DNA from: a bacterium
GTDB lineage: Bacteria; Sysuimicrobiota; Sysuimicrobiia; Sysuimicrobiales; Humicultoraceae
Direction of reading: 5' to 3'
Length of the DNA stretch: 11,183 nucleotides
Assembly (NCBI GenBank): GCA_041497675.1
Contig: JBGQGY010000118.1
Span: forward strand, 1-11,183
Shown: one piece after another, positions 6,956-11,183 of the stretch
How positions within the stretch are numbered: the stretch's first letter is position 1
Layout: each line of letters begins with the position of its first letter
Notes under the pieces: model-generated
What the model saw: only the letters and a program-made list of their open reading frames with translations
Database searches by the model: none
What the model was told of the DNA's origin: nothing
Program-made: the position numbers and the translations under genes

Positions 6956-8005
6956 TCAGGGGGACTGGGCCGTTCGTCTCCACCCCACGACCTCCGGAAA
7001 CGTCACCCAGGGAACCGGCGCACGCATGTCCAGGCGTGTCCGCAGACCAGGCTCAGCCGTCAGGATGTGCGGAATCGCGTTGACGAGCTGCGCCGCGGCG
7101 CTATCCAACCCCACCGACGCCGGTCGCACGTGAAGCTCAAACATCTTTCCCCCATCCTCGATGGCGACGGCATCGATCACCTCGAGACCGACGGCTCTCG
7201 GCCAGAGGTGAAGAGACAGGTGAAACTCAAAGCGCAGCCCCCCGCGGCACGTGCCGCTCGCGAGCTGGATGAACCCAGCGGTCGTTCCGGTCGCCACGCC
7301 GGAATCGTCTCGGTCCGCGACGAGGGGTTTCATCGACTCCACGAAGGATTCGACCTGTGTGCCGAGGGCGGCGGCCACGATGTCGATGCTCTCGCGGAAA
7401 CCCACGTGTCCGGGCATGGTGCCCGCCGTCACCATCCTCTCAAATTCGGCCGGCGGCAGCCCGAGCCCCAGGCGCCGGCGGACGGCGGGCCCGAAGCCCG
7501 AGGCGTCGCTCACGCGAGAGACGACAACAGCGGTAGGAGTCCAGCGCGAACTGAGCGCCTCGAGAACCAAGGCGTCAAAGACAAACCCCGGATTGACCCC
7601 GGTACCCAAAACGCTCACCCCATATTGGCGAGCCTCGCGGTCCAGCGTCTCGGCGGCGTCCCGGTGAACGACCCAGGGATACGCGAGCTCCTCACAAGAC
7701 GAGATCACGTGGCTGTGCACACGGACGGCCAGCAGCAGCTGATCGAGGACCTCCGCCAGGTTCGGTGCGGTTGCATGGAGCACCACCTGTGGTCGGGACT
7801 CTGCCAGGGCCCGCTCCGCTTCGCCGTGGATGACCAGATCGGCCGGAAGTCCCGGAACGTGGCGCTGCGCGGGTTGCCCGGCCAGCGAACGCGAGATGAT
7901 CGCGACGACTTCCACACCGGCCCGTCGACTCAATATCGTTGCCATCCGGCGACCAACCTGCCCAAAGCCGAAAAGGGCGACGCGGACGTTCGCGCGTGGC
8001 TTCAC
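6956..8005 (-). CDS. NAD(P)-dependent amine dehydrogenase, 2,4-diaminopentanoate dehydrogenase (Ord)/native AmDH-like
   Basis: Rossmann 'VALFGFGQVGR', plus 'VISSCEELAYPW', 'VSVLGTGVNPGFVFD', 'RVSDASGFGPAV', 'GHVGFRESI'. Start is GTG 8005 after SD GGAGG (349 aa); the alternative is GTG 8035. Confidence 0.8.
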   Translation of the reverse strand: MKPRANVRVALFGFGQVGRRMATILSRRAGVEVVAIISRSLAGQPAQRHVPGLPADLVIHGEAERALAESRPQVVLHATAPNLAEVLDQLLLAVRVHSHVISSCEELAYPWVVHRDAAETLDREARQYGVSVLGTGVNPGFVFDALVLEALSSRWTPTAVVVSRVSDASGFGPAVRRRLGLGLPPAEFERMVTAGTMPGHVGFRESIDIVAAALGTQVESFVESMKPLVADRDDSGVATGTTAGFIQLASGTCRGGLRFEFHLSLHLWPRAVGLEVIDAVAIEDGGKMFELHVRPASVGLDSAAAQLVNAIPHILTAEPGLRTRLDMRAPVPWVTFPEVVGWRRTAQSP

Positions 8006-8034
8006 AGGCTCCTCCAGGGAAGCAATCCGACCCA

Positions 8035-8047
8035 CGTGTCGAATATA
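8035..8047 (-). promoter_or_regulatory. Candidate sigma-70-type -10 element for the amine dehydrogenase gene
   Basis: TATATT on the minus strand (8047-8042) is the only AT-rich hexamer in the 77-bp divergent gap and implies a transcription start near 8035. No convincing -35. Confidence 0.35.
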
Positions 8048-8082
8048 GCGGACGATGCCGACAGCCGCCAGGAGGTGATTCG

Positions 8083-9192
8083 GTGCGGATCGTTGCGGTG
8101 GAGACCATTCCGCTCAAACTGCCCCTGCCCCGCGTCTACAAGGGCAGCTACTATCAGATGACCCATCGGTGCACGGTCATCACCCGCGTCCATACCGAAG
8201 ACGGCATCATTGGAGAAGCCTACAACGGTGATGAATTCGAGCGCCAAGCCGAGCTGTGCAGGATCATTCGCGACGAGCTCGCGCCCCTCGTCGACGGCAT
8301 GGACGCCTTCAACGTCGAAGGCTGCTGGGAGGCCATGCAGCGCCCGACATACGATCAACTGCGGGACCGGAAGCTCACCGTCGAGGCCATCGCCTGCGTG
8401 GACAGTGCCATCTGGGACGCCGTCGGCCGGGCTTTGAAGACCCCGCTGTACCGGCTGTGGGGCGGATATCGCGACGAGCTACCGATCATCGGGATCGGCG
8501 GCTACTACGATCCGGCCAAGACACCCGCGGACTACGGCGGAGAAATGGCGGCCTTCAAAGCCGACGGGCTCGCCGGCTGCAAGTTCAAGGTTGGTGGTCG
8601 CTCGCCCGAAGAAGACGCTGCGCGCGTCCGAGCCGTGCGCGCGGCCACGGGCGATGATTTCGTCATCGCGGTGGATGCGAACCAGGGCTGGAGCACCCGA
8701 GAGGCGCTCCGGTTCGCCGAGCTCGTGAGCGATCTCAACATCCGCTGGTTTGAGGAGCCGTGCCGCTGGGTGAACGATCGGCGGGCCATGCGCGATGTGC
8801 GGATGATCAGTGGGATCCCGGTGTGCGCGGGCCAGAGCGAGATCGACCGCAACGGCTGCCGCGACTTGATGATGGACGGCGCGATCGATGTCTGCAACTT
8901 CGACGCGAGCTGGGGAGGCGGGCCCACCGAGTGGCGTCGCGTCGCGGCCCTTGCCAGTTGCTTCGACGTGCAGATGGCCCATCACGAGGAACCGCAAGTG
9001 TCCGCGCACCTGCTGGCCGCCTGCCCGCAGGGTACCTATCTGGAGGTGTTTCACCGCGAACGTGACCCGCTGTTCTATGAGCTGGTCGCCAATCGCTCGC
9101 CGATCAAGGACGGCCGATACCGGGTCCCGCAGGGGCCGGGGTGGGGGCTCGTGCTGGATCAGGGAGTGATCAAACGGTACCGGCAAGATTGA
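8083..9192 (+). CDS. Mandelate racemase/muconate lactonizing enzyme (enolase superfamily) protein, MR subgroup
   Basis: Start is GTG 8083 after SD AGGAGGTGA (369 aa). Motifs 'AIACVDSAIWD', 'PLYRLWGG', KxK 'CKFKVG', metal ligands 'VDANQG' and 'FEEP', 'AGQSE', 'NFDASWGGG', 'MAHH', 'YLE', 'PQGPGWG'. Confidence 0.92.
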   Translation: MRIVAVETIPLKLPLPRVYKGSYYQMTHRCTVITRVHTEDGIIGEAYNGDEFERQAELCRIIRDELAPLVDGMDAFNVEGCWEAMQRPTYDQLRDRKLTVEAIACVDSAIWDAVGRALKTPLYRLWGGYRDELPIIGIGGYYDPAKTPADYGGEMAAFKADGLAGCKFKVGGRSPEEDAARVRAVRAATGDDFVIAVDANQGWSTREALRFAELVSDLNIRWFEEPCRWVNDRRAMRDVRMISGIPVCAGQSEIDRNGCRDLMMDGAIDVCNFDASWGGGPTEWRRVAALASCFDVQMAHHEEPQVSAHLLAACPQGTYLEVFHRERDPLFYELVANRSPIKDGRYRVPQGPGWGLVLDQGVIKRYRQD

Positions 9193-9223
9193 ACGTCAGA
9201 CCATCAGAGCAAGGGAGCCGAGC

Positions 9224-10240
9224 ATGCCGGAACTGAGGATGAACCAGGCGATCCGCGAGGCCCTGGCTCACGAGATGCGGGCGGATCCGTCGGTGCTGAT
9301 CTTGGGTGAGGACGTCGCCGCGGCAGACGGGGTGTTCAAGGCAACGGAAGGCCTGCTCGCGGAGTTCGGGCCATTGCGTGTGCGGGACACGCCTATCTCG
9401 GAAACGGCGATATTGGGCGCCGCCGTCGGGGCGGCGATGGCCGGGATGCGTCCGGTGGCCGAGATCATGTTTGTCGAGTTTCTCGGGGTGGCCCTCGACC
9501 AGATCGTGACGCAGGCCGCGAAGATGCACTACCTCTCTGCTGGAACATTCTCGGTGCCTCTGGTCGTCCGTGCGTCAGCCGGCGCCGGCCTGGGATTTGG
9601 GGCACAGCACTCGCAGACCCTCGAGACCTGGCTCTTGAGTACACCTGGCTTGAAGGTCGCCAGCCCCTCCGGACCCATGTCAGCGTACAGGCTGCTCCGC
9701 GCGGCCATCCGCGACCCAAATCCTGTTGTCATCTTGGAACCCCGCGCTCTGTACGGGGTCCGTGAAACGTTCGATCCCGACTCCGTCGTCGTGGACGGGC
9801 TCGGCATCGCCCGAAAAATGCGGGGAGGCGACGCGGTGACGGTCGTGGCCCTGGGCCAGATGGTCAGGCTGGCCTCGAGCGCTGCGGCGTCCGTGGCCGA
9901 CCGGTGGCCCGCTGACCTGTGGGATCTGGAGACCCTCCTCCCATGGGACCATGCGAGCATCCTCGAATCGGTGAGGCGCACGGGACGTCTGATCGTGGTC
10001 GAGGAGAATCCCTCCACCGGCGGCTGGGGCACCGAGGTGGTATCGTACCTGACCGAGCGTGCCTGGTCATCGCTCAAAGCGCCCCCGGTGCGCATCTGTT
10101 GCCCGGACACACCGGTGCCGTTTGCGGGGAAACTCGAACGACGATACCTGCCGTCTGAGACGTGGGTGGCAGACCAGATCAAGGCGTTGTGTACCGATGG
10201 ACGCAGGCTCACGCCGTGGTGGGAGGCATACGCCCAATGA
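9224..10240 (+). CDS. ThDP-dependent acetoin/2-oxoacid dehydrogenase E1 component, beta subunit (AcoB/PdhB-like)
   Basis: 338 aa: 'LGEDV', 'GVFKATEGL', 'RVRDTPISE', 'GMRPVAEIMF', 'GAQHSQ', 'AAIRDPNPV', 'SVRRTGRLIVVEE', 'LKAPPVR'. SD GGGAG lies 6 nt upstream. Confidence 0.93.
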   Translation: MPELRMNQAIREALAHEMRADPSVLILGEDVAAADGVFKATEGLLAEFGPLRVRDTPISETAILGAAVGAAMAGMRPVAEIMFVEFLGVALDQIVTQAAKMHYLSAGTFSVPLVVRASAGAGLGFGAQHSQTLETWLLSTPGLKVASPSGPMSAYRLLRAAIRDPNPVVILEPRALYGVRETFDPDSVVVDGLGIARKMRGGDAVTVVALGQMVRLASSAAASVADRWPADLWDLETLLPWDHASILESVRRTGRLIVVEENPSTGGWGTEVVSYLTERAWSSLKAPPVRICCPDTPVPFAGKLERRYLPSETWVADQIKALCTDGRRLTPWWEAYAQ

Positions 10241-11183
10241 TCACCGATGCCACGCAGCGGCGGGCACTCCTTCAATCGGGCAATCTCGCGAGCGCCCTCG
10301 ATCGCATGGTGGAGATTCGCGTCTTCGAAGAGCAGGTGCAGCGGCTCTTCCTGAAAGGTCTCATTCCCGGCACGACGCACACCTGCCAGGGGCAGGAAGC
10401 GGTGTGTGTCGGCGTGGCCAGCGTCGTCCGAACCGGCGACCCGGTGCTCTGCACGTACCGCGGGCACGGCTGGGCCCTGGCGCTCGGCCTGCCCCCTGTT
10501 TCGGCGCTCGGGGAGATCATGGGCAAGACAGTTGGGTGCACCGGCGGTCTCGGCGGTTCGATGCACCTCTCGGATCGGTCCGTCGGTTTCTGGCCGACGA
10601 TCGCCATCATCGGCGCACAGCTCCCGATCGCAGCGGGGGCGGCCATCGCGAGCCAGATCAGGGGCGACGGCGCGGTCACCGTTGCCGTCTTTGGGGACGG
10701 CGCGGTCAACATCGGCGCGTTTCACGAGGCGCTGAATTTCGCCGCCGTGTCCTCCCTGCCGGTCGTGTTTATCTGTGAAAACAACCTCTACGGCGAGTAC
10801 TCGCGGATCGACCGCACGACCGCCGTCTCCGACATCGCGTCGCGGGCCGCAGCGTACAACATCCCTGGGGTGATCGTCGACGGGCAAGTCGTTGACGACG
10901 TCCGTAGGGTCGCGCAGGCGGCCATCGACCGCGCCCGCGCCGGGAACGGACCCACGCTCATCGAGGCGAAGACGTATCGCTTTGTGGGGCACTCGCGCGC
11001 GGATCCCGCGAAGTATCGCCGTGCGGGTGAACTCGAGACCTGGCAGGCCCGTGACCCCCTCAAGCTCCTGGCCGCGGCCATCCAGCCCGAGGCGCCCGAT
11101 CAACTGATCGCGTCGCTACGAGACCGGTGGGAGACCGTGATGGCCGGCGTCGTCGACACGGTAGTCGCCGCGCCCGAGCCCGA
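10237..11183 (+). CDS. ThDP-dependent acetoin/2-oxoacid dehydrogenase E1 component, alpha subunit (AcoA/PdhA-like); runs off the right edge
   Basis: Not in the ORF track because no stop falls in the window. ATG 10237 overlaps the beta stop (ATGA). Manual translation gives 'RMVEIRVFEE', 'GTTHTCQGQEA', 'TYRGHG', 'GGSMH', ThDP motif 'FGDGAVNIGAFHEALNFAAVSSLPVVFICENN', and 'TLIEAKTYRFVGHS..DP..YR'. Confidence 0.93.
   Translation, partial: MITDATQRRALLQSGNLASALDRMVEIRVFEEQVQRLFLKGLIPGTTHTCQGQEAVCVGVASVVRTGDPVLCTYRGHGWALALGLPPVSALGEIMGKTVGCTGGLGGSMHLSDRSVGFWPTIAIIGAQLPIAAGAAIASQIRGDGAVTVAVFGDGAVNIGAFHEALNFAAVSSLPVVFICENNLYGEYSRIDRTTAVSDIASRAAAYNIPGVIVDGQVVDDVRRVAQAAIDRARAGNGPTLIEAKTYRFVGHSRADPAKYRRAGELETWQARDPLKLLAAAIQPEAPDQLIASLRDRWETVMAGVVDTVVAAPEP

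Noticed and set aside
7067..8161. 364-aa plus-strand ORF
   Set aside because: Antisense to the amine dehydrogenase, no motifs, and it overlaps the enolase start.
9529..11103. 524-aa minus-strand ORF
   Set aside because: Antisense shadow of the E1 beta/alpha genes, which carry clear motifs. It has no recognisable domain, and long antisense frames are expected in GC-rich coding DNA.

Overview
GC-rich bacterial DNA, almost entirely protein-coding. It has 11 genes in four alternating units, and no mobile element, CRISPR array, tRNA/rRNA or regulator gene was seen. Unit 1 (minus strand): creatininase-family amidohydrolase, then a Tat-exported family-5 (DppA/OppA-like) solute-binding protein, then an AstE/AspA-family deacylase that runs off the left edge. 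Unit 2 (plus, divergent from unit 1): CodA-type cytosine deaminase coupled to a NitT/TauT-type ABC importer (permease, NMT1/THI5-like binding protein, ATPase). Unit 3 (minus, convergent on unit 2): a 2,4-diaminopentanoate-dehydrogenase/native amine dehydrogenase-like oxidoreductase. Unit 4 (plus): a mandelate-racemase-subgroup enolase-superfamily enzyme, then ThDP-dependent E1 beta and E1 alpha (reversed order, running off the right edge). Four enzymes carry substitutions at specificity or catalytic positions: CodA GHDD->GHDS, creatininase NGHYEN->NGHGSN, enolase GE->GQ, amine dehydrogenase RVND->RVSD. I infer an uncharacterised uptake-and-catabolism cluster for modified N-heterocycles (for example 5-methylcytosine or creatinine-like compounds) and/or cyclic amides. 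The substrate cannot be determined from sequence alone.
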